64,000 nucleotides of DNA from an uncultured Fibrobacterota bacterium. GTDB lineage: Bacteria > Fibrobacterota > Chitinivibrionia > Chitinivibrionales > FEN-1185. The position numbers were made by a program, and so were the translations under genes. The stretch is from positions 32,001 to 96,000 of the forward strand of contig CAVWBU010000015.1 in NCBI GenBank assembly GCA_963753345.1, read 5' to 3'. Shown here piece by piece: positions 45,782 to 55,433 of this stretch. The notes under the pieces were generated by a model. It searched no databases, had not been told where the DNA came from, and saw only the letters and a program-made list of their open reading frames with translations. Each line of letters begins with the position of its first letter. Within the stretch, counting starts at the first letter, position 1.

Positions 45782-48700
45782 ATGAACTTCATCCACCTCC
45801 ACACCCACTCCGAATACTCCTTCCACGCCGGGGTCCCTAAAGTAAAGGAACTCGTGGCCGCGGCAAGGGCGCACGGCATGGCCGCGCTGGCCCTCACCGA
45901 CACAAACCGCATGAGCGGGCTCATCGATTTTTACGTTTTGTGCCTTGAAAACGGCATAAAGCCCATCCTCGGGGTTGAACTCACCGATCCGAAACACGAC
46001 TGTGACAACATAGTGGTCGCTCGCAAAGAACAAAAACGGCTACGCAGACATGTGCGAGGTCATCACGCAGCGCCAGCTGCACCCGGAGACATTTGCATTC
46101 GGCAGGGTGTTTACAAAGGAATATCCTGACCTTTTTCTTCTTACGTCTTCGCCGCGCCTGCTGCGCGAGCTGGCCGCAACGCCGAATGCAAGGAACCTGT
46201 ACGCGGAGATGCTCCATCTCGATGCTGCCTCACGCGATGAGGCAAAGAAACTCTGCTTTATTGCGCAGCAGTTCGGCGTTCCGCTTGTTGCGGCCAACAA
46301 CGTCCATTTTCTTGCAAAGCAGGACTGGGAGACGCACCGGATACTTGCGCGCCATAGGCCATGTGTTCAACGCTGTCGCGGCTTAAACCGGAAGAGGTGA
46401 TGGCCGACGCCGCGTATTTCTGCACGGCTGAAGAAATGTGCGAACGGTTTCCCGGCCACGTCGAAGCGCTTGTCAATACCGCCAGGATCGCAGACCAGTG
46501 CAGGGCCGATCTGGAACTGGGCAACTGGATCTTCCCCAGAATTTCCGTGCCCGACGGTTTTACACCCGAGCAGTACCTGGAGAAGGTCGCGCGAGACGGG
46601 CTCGAACGCAGATACGGAGCCACACCTTCGTACCCAAAGGCAAAAGAGATTCAGGAAAAGGAGCTCGCGGTTATCAACAAACTCGGGTTTTCCTCATACT
46701 TCCTTATGGTAAAACAGGTGCGCGACTGGGCAAACAGCCGCTATAGCGGAGGGTTTAGAAAACCTGACGACTGCACTCTCATGCGCGGGTCTGCCGCAAA
46801 CAGCATCACGTTTTACAACATAGGTGCAAGCGATTTGGACCCGGTGCGTTACAACCTCTACTTCGAGCGGTTTCTCAACGAAGAACGGGCAAGCCCGCCC
46901 GATGCCGATCTCGATTTCGGCTGGGACGAGCGCGACGCGGCGTTCGACTACTTTGTCAATACGTGGGGCCGCGACCGCGTGGCCGTGATCTGCACGGTCA
47001 ACCACATGAAGCGCCGCGCCGCATTCCGCGAGGTCGCCAAAGTTTTCGGCTTTAGCGAGGAACAGGTGACCGGTCTTCTGGAGCACCGCGTTCTGCCCGA
47101 GCACGACCCGGACATCCAGCGCATACTCGCGTACGCAAACAGGGTGCGCGGCAAGCCGCGGTTCCTGGGCCAGCACCCGGGCGGCATCGTCGTGACCAAC
47201 GGCCCGGTATGGCGGCACGTGGCGTGCGAATATTCCGGCGGCGTCAAGAACAGGGTCGTCACGCAGATCGACATGCATTCCGGTATCGACGAGCTCGGGC
47301 TCATCAAGTTCGACATCCTCGGCAACGGCAGCCTTTCGGTGCTGCGCGACACGCTGTTCCAGATAGAGAAACAGGGCCACGCCGATCCCCGCGTATGGGA
47401 CGCGCAGTACGTGCAGAACGATCCTGCGGTGCTCGACATGATCGAAAATGGCCGCACGCGCGGCATTTTCTACATCGAGTCCCCTGCGCAGATGAAGCTC
47501 AACAGGCAGGCTCTGGCGCGCAGCTTCGAGGAGATCGGCATCACGTCGAGCGCGGTGCGGCCGGCAGGAGCACAGTACACAAAAGTGTTTGTGGAACGCC
47601 ACCGCAAAATGAAGCAGGGGATTGTCGATTGGAAATTTGTACACCCGTCGCTTGAGCCCATATTGTCCGAAACGCACGACTGTCTGGTATACCAGGAAGA
47701 TGTGGTGAAGATCTGCAGGGAGATCGCGGGGATGAACTTTAAGCGCGCCGACCGCGTGCGTAAGATGATGAACAGCCAGCACGACGGCGCGCCCGACGAT
47801 TACGAGGCGGTCGCCAGGGAATTCATGGAGGGCTGCATGGCGCATAAGGGATTGTCGCGGCCGCAGGCCGGCGAATTGTGGGAGCGGGTGAGCTCGTTCG
47901 TGGGGTTTTCCTTCTGTAAATCGCACAGCCTTAGCTATGCCATACTGTCGTTCAAGTGCGCCTTTCTCAAGGCGCATTATCCGGCGCAGTTCATGGCGTC
48001 GGTGATTTCCAACCTGCACGGATTTTACTCTACCGACACCTACCTCAACGAGGCACGGCGGCTGGGCATCACCATAAACCCCGTCCACATCAACGCGAGC
48101 AGGGTCGAAAGCCGCGGCAAGGGGCGGTTTCTTACCGTGGGACTCATGCACGTCAAGGGTATGAGCGTCCGCACCCTGCGGTCAATTATTGACGAACGCG
48201 CTGGAAACGGCCCGTTCCGCGGCCTTCTCGATTTCATCCGGCGCACCACCACGGGAAAAAGCGAGATCGAGAAGCTTGTGCGGGCCGGATGCTTCGACGG
48301 GTTCAACCTGAACCGGCCCGAGCTTCTCGCCCTGCTCGACGCAGCGTACGGCGGAGCGTGCGGCGCGCGCGATGCGCGCAGCGCAGAGAGTGACCTGTTC
48401 GGCGGCCTGCGGCCGTCCGATATGGATCTGCACCCCGGCCTTTCCGATTATTCCCTTACGCGCAAATGTCTTGACGAACTGGAACTTCTCGGGTTCATGC
48501 TGTCGGGCAACATCCTCGACATCCTGGATCTGCACCCCGAGGCGCGAAATGCGGTGCTGTGCGGCGATGTCGCTAAGCACGCAGGCCGCGGGGTGAAAGT
48601 GTTCGGGTGGCCCATCACGTCGCGCGTGCATCCGGTGCCGGGCAGGGGAGACATGAAGTTCATCACCGTGGAGGACAAGTCGGGCTGCGCCGACGTCGTG

Positions 48701-48928
48701 CTGTGGCCCGACGTTTACAAACAGTACGCCGATGTCACGCTGAGGCCGGGCCCGTTCGCCATTTCCGGTTATGTCAAGGAACAATTCGGCGTCCCGTCCG
48801 TGTTCGCGCAATCGATACGCGGGGTGGAGTGGTCGCCGTCCATCGTGGATTTCGAGCTGGCGAGCAAGAGATTGATGAAGTCTTACAATGAGGAATTTGT
48901 ATACAGAGATGCAATTAAGGCAGCATAG
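45782..48928 (+). CDS. dnaE2: Error-prone DNA polymerase III alpha (DnaE2-like); apparent frameshifts ~46018 and ~46347-46360
   Basis: PHP 'HLHTHSEYS', 'RGSAANS', 'PPDADLDF', 'HPGG', 'KFDILG', 'FCKSHS', OB fold 'FITVED'; about 1050 aa; next to lexA and a Y-family-like gene. Confidence 0.85.
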
Positions 48929-48945
48929 ATATAAATAAAATTTTA

Positions 48946-49120
48946 GTGGGGGAAGGCTCCCCCTCGCTTCGGCTCGGCGCTCGTATTTTCAAAGTTCATC
49001 TCATTCCGCGCCGGTCCTACGCTACCCCCTCGTGGGTAGCCCCCTAGAGAGTTGATTGGCAAGAATGAAACTTGGACTGCGGGGGCACCAAGAAAGAGAG
49101 TTGACAGTTGAAAGTTGGAG
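48946..49120 (+). repeat. Family B repeat (B3) with GTTGA tail
   Basis: GTGGGGGAAG...GGGGGCACCAAGAAAGAGAGTTGACAGTTGAAAGTTGG. Confidence 0.85.
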
Positions 49121-49160
49121 GCTGGCGCAAGAAATACCAATTAACTGAATAAATTACTCC

Positions 49161-49251
49161 TGCCGTGCGTTAGGCAGCCCGAGGCCGAAGGCCGAGACCG
49201 GAAGGACGGCCGACCCGACCCCGAGCTTAGTCGAGGGGAAGGGGAACGCCC
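49161..49251 (-). repeat. Family A repeat, internally deleted copy A8
   Basis: Both termini retained (GCGTTAGG...GGAACGCCC), central arm missing. Confidence 0.82.
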
Positions 49252-49283
49252 TGCTTTAAGCTTTAATTGCAGAAAAAGAACAA

Positions 49284-50489
49284 ATGAACTGGTATATAAG
49301 CATTTACATTCAGGATTTTCCGGCCCAAGCATACGCGGCGTATCACCCAGAAATAGTGGGCATGCCGTATGTGATGGCCCGTCAGCGGGCCGACAGCCAC
49401 AAGAGCGTGGTGACGTCGCTGTCGCCCGAGGCGCAGGCCAGGGGGATCTATCACGGGTTTTCGGTTGCGCGCCTTAAAGAACGCTTCGGCGACGTTCGTA
49501 TTGTACAGGAAGACCCATCGCTCGCGGCCGCAATCGCCGGCGATCTCGGCGCGGTACTGGCCGCGTTCTCGCCCGATGTGCGTGTGGACAAACGCGGAAA
49601 CGCTCTTGTCAACGTGAGCGGCATGCAGCGGCTTCTGGCGGCGCGGTTTGGAACGCTGCCCGGAGAAATCCGCGCCGCTGTGAAATCGGTACTGGCCCTG
49701 CGCGCCTGCGCATGCGGCGCGGCCGCGTCGCCGTACGTGGCGTTTATGGCCGCCCGCGCAGCCGCGCCCGACGGCGTTGTCGTATGCGAACAGGGCGCCG
49801 AGGCGGCCATGCTCGCGCCGGTCGCGGCAGCGGCCCTGCCCGGCCTTTCCGATGGCGTAAAGCAGCGGCTCGCCGATTACAATATACGCACGGTCGCCGA
49901 CATTCAACGGCTTTCCGAGGGTTTTTGTGCGGCCAGGTTCGGCGAGGAAGGCGTACGGCTGCACGCCATGGCGCACGGCATGTTCCTCGAAGCTCGGCCG
50001 CTGTCCGCCCCTCCTGACATCGAATACGGCCGCACGCTCGCGCGCGACGAGAACGACGCTGCCGCACTGAAGAGCCATATACGATACATTGCAGACAGGC
50101 TCGCGTTCGAGCTGCACGCGGCCCAAAAGCAGGCCGGCAGCGTGGCGTTTACGGTGCGCTATTCCGACAACAAGGCCGTGCGGCGCTCCATGAGGCTTTT
50201 GTCGCCCACGGCAGATTTCACCACGCTGTACGAATGCTGCTGCCGGCTGTTTGCGCAGGCCTGCGACCGTCGCATCGCGGTGCGGCGGCTGTCGGCGTCG
50301 GCGCGGCCGTTTGACGAACGCGAATGCCAGCTCGATCTGTTCGACAACGCGGCGCAGGTGAAGCAGGAGAACATCGGCAGGAGCATAGGGGAGATACGGG
50401 TGAGGATGGGGTTTGGGATTGTAAGAAATGGCAATATAGAATACAATGCCGTCGGGGGAGAGGTACAGCCTGTCTCAAAACCCAGTTGA
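49284..50489 (+). CDS. Catalytically degenerate Y-family polymerase (ImuB-like)
   Basis: Y-family layout, but the DxxxF and SxDE motifs are replaced (IQDFP, DKRGNA); clamp motif QLDLF present. Confidence 0.78.
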   Translation: MNWYISIYIQDFPAQAYAAYHPEIVGMPYVMARQRADSHKSVVTSLSPEAQARGIYHGFSVARLKERFGDVRIVQEDPSLAAAIAGDLGAVLAAFSPDVRVDKRGNALVNVSGMQRLLAARFGTLPGEIRAAVKSVLALRACACGAAASPYVAFMAARAAAPDGVVVCEQGAEAAMLAPVAAAALPGLSDGVKQRLADYNIRTVADIQRLSEGFCAARFGEEGVRLHAMAHGMFLEARPLSAPPDIEYGRTLARDENDAAALKSHIRYIADRLAFELHAAQKQAGSVAFTVRYSDNKAVRRSMRLLSPTADFTTLYECCCRLFAQACDRRIAVRRLSASARPFDERECQLDLFDNAAQVKQENIGRSIGEIRVRMGFGIVRNGNIEYNAVGGEVQPVSKPS

Positions 50490-50633
50490 AGAGCTGGGCG
50501 CCTGCCTTCGGCACCGGTTCTCCTTCCGGTCTCGGCCGCAGGCCTCGGGCTGCCTGCCACGAAGGCCCTGCGGGCCGTGGTCAGGCAGCACCGCGCTTTG
50601 GCGCGGCCTCCAGTCGCCCCTGGCGCGCGGCAG
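50454..50633 (+). repeat. Family A repeat, copy A9, with GTCTCAAAA leader overlapping the CDS end
   Basis: GGGGGAGAGGTACAGCCTGTCTCAAAACCCAGTTGAAGAGCTGGGCGCC...CCTGGCGCGCGG. Confidence 0.88.
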
Positions 50634-50716
50634 AAGCGCATTACCGCAATTGTACTTGACGCTAGCGAAAGAGGGACAGTAAATTTTATCGCCGCAGAGC
50701 GGCATACCATAGCGAA

Positions 50717-50865
50717 GGCGTTGCGGAAACGTGACGCGCGCAATGCGCAAGCGTTGCGCCTCGCGCACGTTTCTGCTGGAAAGGGTGTGGGTGCAGATCG
50801 CCGCACGCCGTGTCGGCGGGCGGAAGCTGCACCCAGGGGAAACCGCGCAGCGGTGTCCCCACCAG
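50717..50865 (-). repeat. B-related subfamily C repeat (C1)
   Basis: Minus strand GGTGGGGACACCGCT..GCG.TTTCCCC...ACCCTTTCCAGCA...CGCAACGC, shared with 57861-58005. Confidence 0.7.
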
Positions 50866-50889
50866 ATATTTTCACTAATATTGATTTCT

Positions 50890-51825
50890 ATGGAAACTAA
50901 ACCTACTAAATGGCACCCCTTCGAAATCCCGCCGGACATAACTTCGCAGGGATTTTACATCGGCACGTCAGGCTATTACTTTGACGACTGGATCGGGGTG
51001 TTCAATCCGCCAAGGCCTAAACGTTTGCAAAAAGCGGAAGACATTGCGCCTCGCGAGGACTTCGACCGTCTCATGTTTTGCCAGAAGTACTTTCGCCTTA
51101 TTGAAATAAATTCAAGTTTTTACATGGAGCCGGCCAAACAGACGTACCTTGACATGGAACGCCGCAGCCTGGTAAACTCCCTGTTTGCGGTAAAGGCGCA
51201 CCAGAGCGTGTCGCACACAAAGGAATGGGACGCACAGAAGTCAAAAGAAATGATGGAGCGCCACATCGATGCGGTGGCGCCGCTCGTGGAGTCCGGACGG
51301 TTTTACAGTTTTCTGATCCAGCTTGAAGACCGCAACGCGCACAGCCTCAGAAAGCTGGACTACTTGCTTGCGGTATGCGAACCAGCGACAAGCAGGAAAA
51401 TCGACGTGCACATCGAATTCAGGCATATCACCTGGCACCGCGAGGCTGTACTGCAGAAGCTCAAGGACTTCGGGATAGGCATCTGCAACACCGATATGCC
51501 GCAGTTTCCGCATGTGTTTCCGCTCAAGGCGTATGCCACGACGCCAAAGGGCTATGTTCGATATTCGGGAAGGAATATGGACAGCTGGTATCCAAAAGAC
51601 AAGGCGAAAACCGCCCGCGAGCGGCTTGCCCAGCGCAACAACCGTTACGATTACCGATATAGCGGGGACGAAATTGAACAGCATGCGGCGGATCAGATCA
51701 AACTGGCGCAAAAGACGAATGTCGTTGCAGCGGCGTACAACAACCATTTCAATGCACAGGCGGTGCAGAATGCAATCGAGAACATCAAAGTGCTCAATGA
51801 AAAGTTGAGGGAGGGAAAGTCATAA
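50890..51825 (+). CDS. DUF72 domain protein
   Basis: 'YIGTSGY..DDW', 'IEINSSFY', 'FAVKA', 'IEFRH.TW', 'YVR..GR', 'YDYRYS..E', 'YNNH..A.A..NA'. Confidence 0.9.
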   Translation: METKPTKWHPFEIPPDITSQGFYIGTSGYYFDDWIGVFNPPRPKRLQKAEDIAPREDFDRLMFCQKYFRLIEINSSFYMEPAKQTYLDMERRSLVNSLFAVKAHQSVSHTKEWDAQKSKEMMERHIDAVAPLVESGRFYSFLIQLEDRNAHSLRKLDYLLAVCEPATSRKIDVHIEFRHITWHREAVLQKLKDFGIGICNTDMPQFPHVFPLKAYATTPKGYVRYSGRNMDSWYPKDKAKTARERLAQRNNRYDYRYSGDEIEQHAADQIKLAQKTNVVAAAYNNHFNAQAVQNAIENIKVLNEKLREGKS

Positions 51826-51861
51826 CGCATTGATCCGTACAACGTGTTGCGTTCTCGACTT

Positions 51862-53082
51862 TCAAATCTTTGGTTTGTCAACGTGCGGATTTTCCGGCCC
51901 TGTCAGGTCCGTCCCCCGCACCACAATATCGTCGCCGAACCTGTCGGCGAGCCTGTCGATGGCACGCTCGGACTTTTCCCACGGCACCTGAGAGTTGTCC
52001 TGTTTGAAAAGATCAAGCTGCACCTCCCCGCCGAATCCGGTAATACCCACGCCGATCAGCCGGAGCTTGAAATTCCTGGGCAGGGAATCACACAAGATAA
52101 CCGCATGAGTGAATATGGCATTTGCGAGGGAAGTGGGAGAGGCGAGCGTGGTACGCCGGGTATGTTTTGTAAAGTCGGCGCCCCGGTAAATAAAGACCAC
52201 TGTCCTTCCCACAATGCCAGCTTTTCGTGCGCTCCGGGACACATCCTGCGACAGCGCGAGCAGCGTTTTCTTCCATTGTTCCCGGTCTGACGAGTCCTTT
52301 TCAAAGGTATGCTCCCGGGAAATGGACCGTGCATCCTCATCGTTTCCAACAGGCCGGTTGTCGATGCCGCGGCACAAGTCATACAAATCGACGCCCGATT
52401 CACCGAATGCCTGCACCAGGGACTCTTGCGACCTTTCTTGAAGGTCTCCAATGGTGATGATCCCCATGCTGCGCAGCACGGCCTCGGTCTTTTTCCCCAC
52501 GCCCCATATTTTTCCAACCGGGTGCGGTGCGAGCCACAAGACGATTTCCTGCGGATCGGACGGAACAAGGGTCAGACCGTCGGGCTTGTGCAGGTCCGAC
52601 GCGAATTTCGCAAGGAACTTGTTCGGTGCCACGCCGACGGACGCAGTAAGGGACAGCCGGTCCTTGATGGCGTGGCGTATGGCGGTTGCGACGGACTTGC
52701 CGTCGCCGAAAAGTTTACCGGTTCCGGTGGCGTCAAGAAATGCCTCGTCAACCGAAACCTGCTCCACAACCGGGGAGAAGCTGTGCAGAATCCCCATCAC
52801 CCTGTGAGACTCTTCACCGTAGACCTCCATGCGGGGCGGCAGAAAAACGGCCTGTGGGCAGCGCCTGAACGCCTCGTTGATCGGCATGGCCGAGTGTATG
52901 CCGAATTTCCTCGCCTCATAGCTTGCGGCAGCAACGACCCCGCGGTGTCCAGGCCTCGCTCCGACCACGACCGGTTTCCCTCGGTAAACAGGGTTGTCGC
53001 GCTGTTCTATCGAGGTGAAGAAAGCATCCATGTCGATGTGGAGAATGATGCGTTGGATGGATGATCCCAAATTGTGAGGCAT
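51862..53082 (-). CDS. dinB: DNA polymerase IV
   Basis: 'HIDMDAFF', 'ASYEAR.FG', 'VSVDEAFLD', 'KPDG', 'LRLIGV', QLDLF. Confidence 0.94.
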   Translation of the reverse strand: MPHNLGSSIQRIILHIDMDAFFTSIEQRDNPVYRGKPVVVGARPGHRGVVAAASYEARKFGIHSAMPINEAFRRCPQAVFLPPRMEVYGEESHRVMGILHSFSPVVEQVSVDEAFLDATGTGKLFGDGKSVATAIRHAIKDRLSLTASVGVAPNKFLAKFASDLHKPDGLTLVPSDPQEIVLWLAPHPVGKIWGVGKKTEAVLRSMGIITIGDLQERSQESLVQAFGESGVDLYDLCRGIDNRPVGNDEDARSISREHTFEKDSSDREQWKKTLLALSQDVSRSARKAGIVGRTVVFIYRGADFTKHTRRTTLASPTSLANAIFTHAVILCDSLPRNFKLRLIGVGITGFGGEVQLDLFKQDNSQVPWEKSERAIDRLADRFGDDIVVRGTDLTGPENPHVDKPKI

Positions 53083-53120
53083 AATAACAAATTATACATG
53101 ACGCGGTTAAGAAAAAAAAA

Positions 53121-53387
53121 GAGTTGAAGCGTTGAAAAGTTGAAACGTTGAAAAGTTCTAAATTAAAAATAAAACGTCCCCCCTTGATTTATAGCGAATG
53201 CCGATTGGCGCGAGAAAAACTAATTGTCTAAAAGGGAGGCTATTGCCGCGCGCCAGGCAGGATCGGAAGGTGAGCTAAAGCGAATCGCTGGCCGACCCTC
53301 GCCGTGGGCGCTAAGGGCGGTCCAGCAACGAGGCCGTAGGCCGAGCCTGGAGGGAGGGCCGCCGCCGCGTAGCGGCGGGGCGCCCAT
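53121..53387 (-). repeat. GTTGAA array (53121-53156) and family A copy A10 (53244-53387)
   Basis: Minus strand ATGGGCGCCCC...CCTGGCGCGCGGCA. Confidence 0.85.
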
Positions 53388-53411
53388 ATTCTTTTACATG
53401 AAAGGGAAATG

Positions 53412-54224
53412 CTACGTGACCTGGATCAGCCCGCTGCTGATCTTCTCTATCTTTTCGAGACTGGCGAGGAATGCGTCAACCACCCGCGGATCAAATTGTT
53501 TGCCCCGTTCACTCTTTATGACCTCGATCGCATCGGGAATGGAGGTGGGGTCCTTGTAGGAGCGTTTCGATGTGATTGCGTCAAACGTGTCGGCGAGCGC
53601 CACGATCCTTCCCGGAAGGGGAATGGCGTCGCCTATGATACCGCACGGATACCCGGTGCCGTTCCACCGTTCGTGATGGGTAAGAGCGATCTGCCCGGCA
53701 ACGGTGAGAATGTGCGACTTGGAATTGGCGAGGATTTCCGCGCCGATGACCGTGTGCCGCTTCATGATGCTGAATTCATCGTCTGTCAACCTGCGCGGCG
53801 CGGTGATGATGTAATCCGGTATGCCGATCTTGCCGACATCGTGCATGGGTGCGGCATAGAGGATGGTGAGAACGTCCCGTTCGGAAAGCCCCATTTTCTC
53901 GGCGATGACCGCGCTGTACCTGCTCATGCGCGCGATATGCTGACCGGTGAACTCGTCTTTGTACTCCACGGCCAGCATCAGCCGGTGGACCGTGTCGTAA
54001 TACGCTTCCTGCAGTTCATTGTTCACCGACTTGAGCATCGAATTGTTCCTCTGCAGGTCTTCGGCGTACTTCTTGAGCTGCCGGTTGGTGGCGGCAAGTT
54101 CATTGCGGTGTTTTTTTGTTTCCTTGTAGAGGCGGGCGAAATCGCGAGCGTACCTGATGGACTGCGACGACGCGAGCTCCAGTTCCTTCTTGAGGGCTTG
54201 CGTCTTCGCCGACCGGAGCAGCAT
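53412..54224 (-). CDS. HD-GYP cyclic-dinucleotide phosphodiesterase with coiled-coil N-terminus
   Basis: 'HDVGKIG', 'HHERWNGTGYP', 'ADTFDA', 'GKQFDP'. Confidence 0.92.
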   Translation of the reverse strand: MLLRSAKTQALKKELELASSQSIRYARDFARLYKETKKHRNELAATNRQLKKYAEDLQRNNSMLKSVNNELQEAYYDTVHRLMLAVEYKDEFTGQHIARMSRYSAVIAEKMGLSERDVLTILYAAPMHDVGKIGIPDYIITAPRRLTDDEFSIMKRHTVIGAEILANSKSHILTVAGQIALTHHERWNGTGYPCGIIGDAIPLPGRIVALADTFDAITSKRSYKDPTSIPDAIEVIKSERGKQFDPRVVDAFLASLEKIEKISSGLIQVT

Positions 54225-54239
54225 GTGACGGTCCTTTCT

Positions 54240-54620
54240 CTATGCGCCGACGCCGCCGAGCGAGAGGTTGTCGATGCGCTGAAGCAGGTCGAGAGGGCTG
54301 AATGGCTTGATAAAGTAAGATTCGGCCCCCGCCTTGAGAGCTTCCTTCTGAACCTGCTTTTCATCGGTTCCCGTGAGGATTATTACCTTGCAGTTCTTGG
54401 TGAGAGGATTGCTTTTAATGGTCCTTGTCGCCTCGATGCCGTTGATGCCGCCCTCGAGCGTGACGTCCATGATGATGAAATCGGGCTTTTCCACGGTCGC
54501 AATGGCGATCGCGCGCATGGCATCCGCCGCTTCGAGAACCCGGTATTCGGTAGGGTCAAACGTTGCAATGACAAGTTCTCTGATGTCCCTGTTGTCATCG
54601 ACGATAAGGAGCTTTTTCAT
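54240..54620 (-). CDS. Single-domain response regulator
   Basis: 'LIVDDN', 'IIMDV', 'ILT', 'KPF'. Confidence 0.9.
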   Translation of the reverse strand: MKKLLIVDDNRDIRELVIATFDPTEYRVLEAADAMRAIAIATVEKPDFIIMDVTLEGGINGIEATRTIKSNPLTKNCKVIILTGTDEKQVQKEALKAGAESYFIKPFSPLDLLQRIDNLSLGGVGA

Positions 54621-54861
54621 TTGGTCCTGTGTGCGTGAATGTGTAATCACTGGGGAAAATTCGATTGCATATTTCCTAAGAAACGGCTCGTAGAACATCT
54701 ATTGTAGTATTCGGGACGGACAATGTCAATATTATGGCTGTTAAGCGACGACATTTTGCCGTTCGACATCTGTCGCGTCTGCCAGCTTTGAGAAAGGGCA
54801 AGGATAGCGGCGCGACGTTTCCCCAGGGGACGCGGGGATTGCAGGCGCACGATTTGTGCGG

Positions 54862-55212
54862 CTAATGCTGCGCAACGGAAGGGGACGAAACGAGTTCCGC
54901 TTCGGATCCGACAATCCGGATCATCCTGTCGAAATCGATCACGGTGAGAATATCGAGGATGTTGCTGTTTGCTTCCACGATCGCAAGATGGCCTCCTGCG
55001 TCTTTGATCATCTCCAGGCAGGCAATAAGCACCGCTATCGATCTTGTGTACAAATAGGAGGATCTGGTGAAGGCGAGGGCAATGTTCATAGCGCCTTCGA
55101 CAAGGTGCCGCTCAATGCGCTTCTTGAGATCAGCCAGGTCGGAATTGAGCACAACGTCCTCCCTGAAACGGAAGACGGTGTAGTCGCCCTTCTTGTATGT
55201 GTCAATATCCAT
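54862..55212 (-). CDS. STAS-domain protein (anti-sigma-antagonist-like)
   Basis: Size and 'IALAF....YLYTRSIAVL...GGHLAIV...E.E' pattern; the canonical DSS motif is divergent. Confidence 0.65.
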   Translation of the reverse strand: MDIDTYKKGDYTVFRFREDVVLNSDLADLKKRIERHLVEGAMNIALAFTRSSYLYTRSIAVLIACLEMIKDAGGHLAIVEANSNILDILTVIDFDRMIRIVGSEAELVSSPSVAQH

Positions 55213-55433
55213 GTCGACGGCCCGCCTGCGCGGAACGGGGTATCTCTGTAGAGGGGAATAAAATAGATTATGACGCACAGCGGCATGATCCTAATACTTG
55301 GAATGATTTGTTCTGAATCCTTGTGCGGCCGTCATGCAGATTGTACTTTATCAAACACGGGCATTAGGATATATTCCAAGGATTTGTACCACCGCCGCAT
55401 GTCAGGTTTTCACCAATAAAAGGAAACACCCCG

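Noticed and set aside
44114-45924. Small ORFs over the repeats (44114-44350, 45311-45706, 45277-45924; also 24676-24947, 57595-57807)
   Set aside because: They are translations of the repeats; reading frame and length are not conserved between copies.
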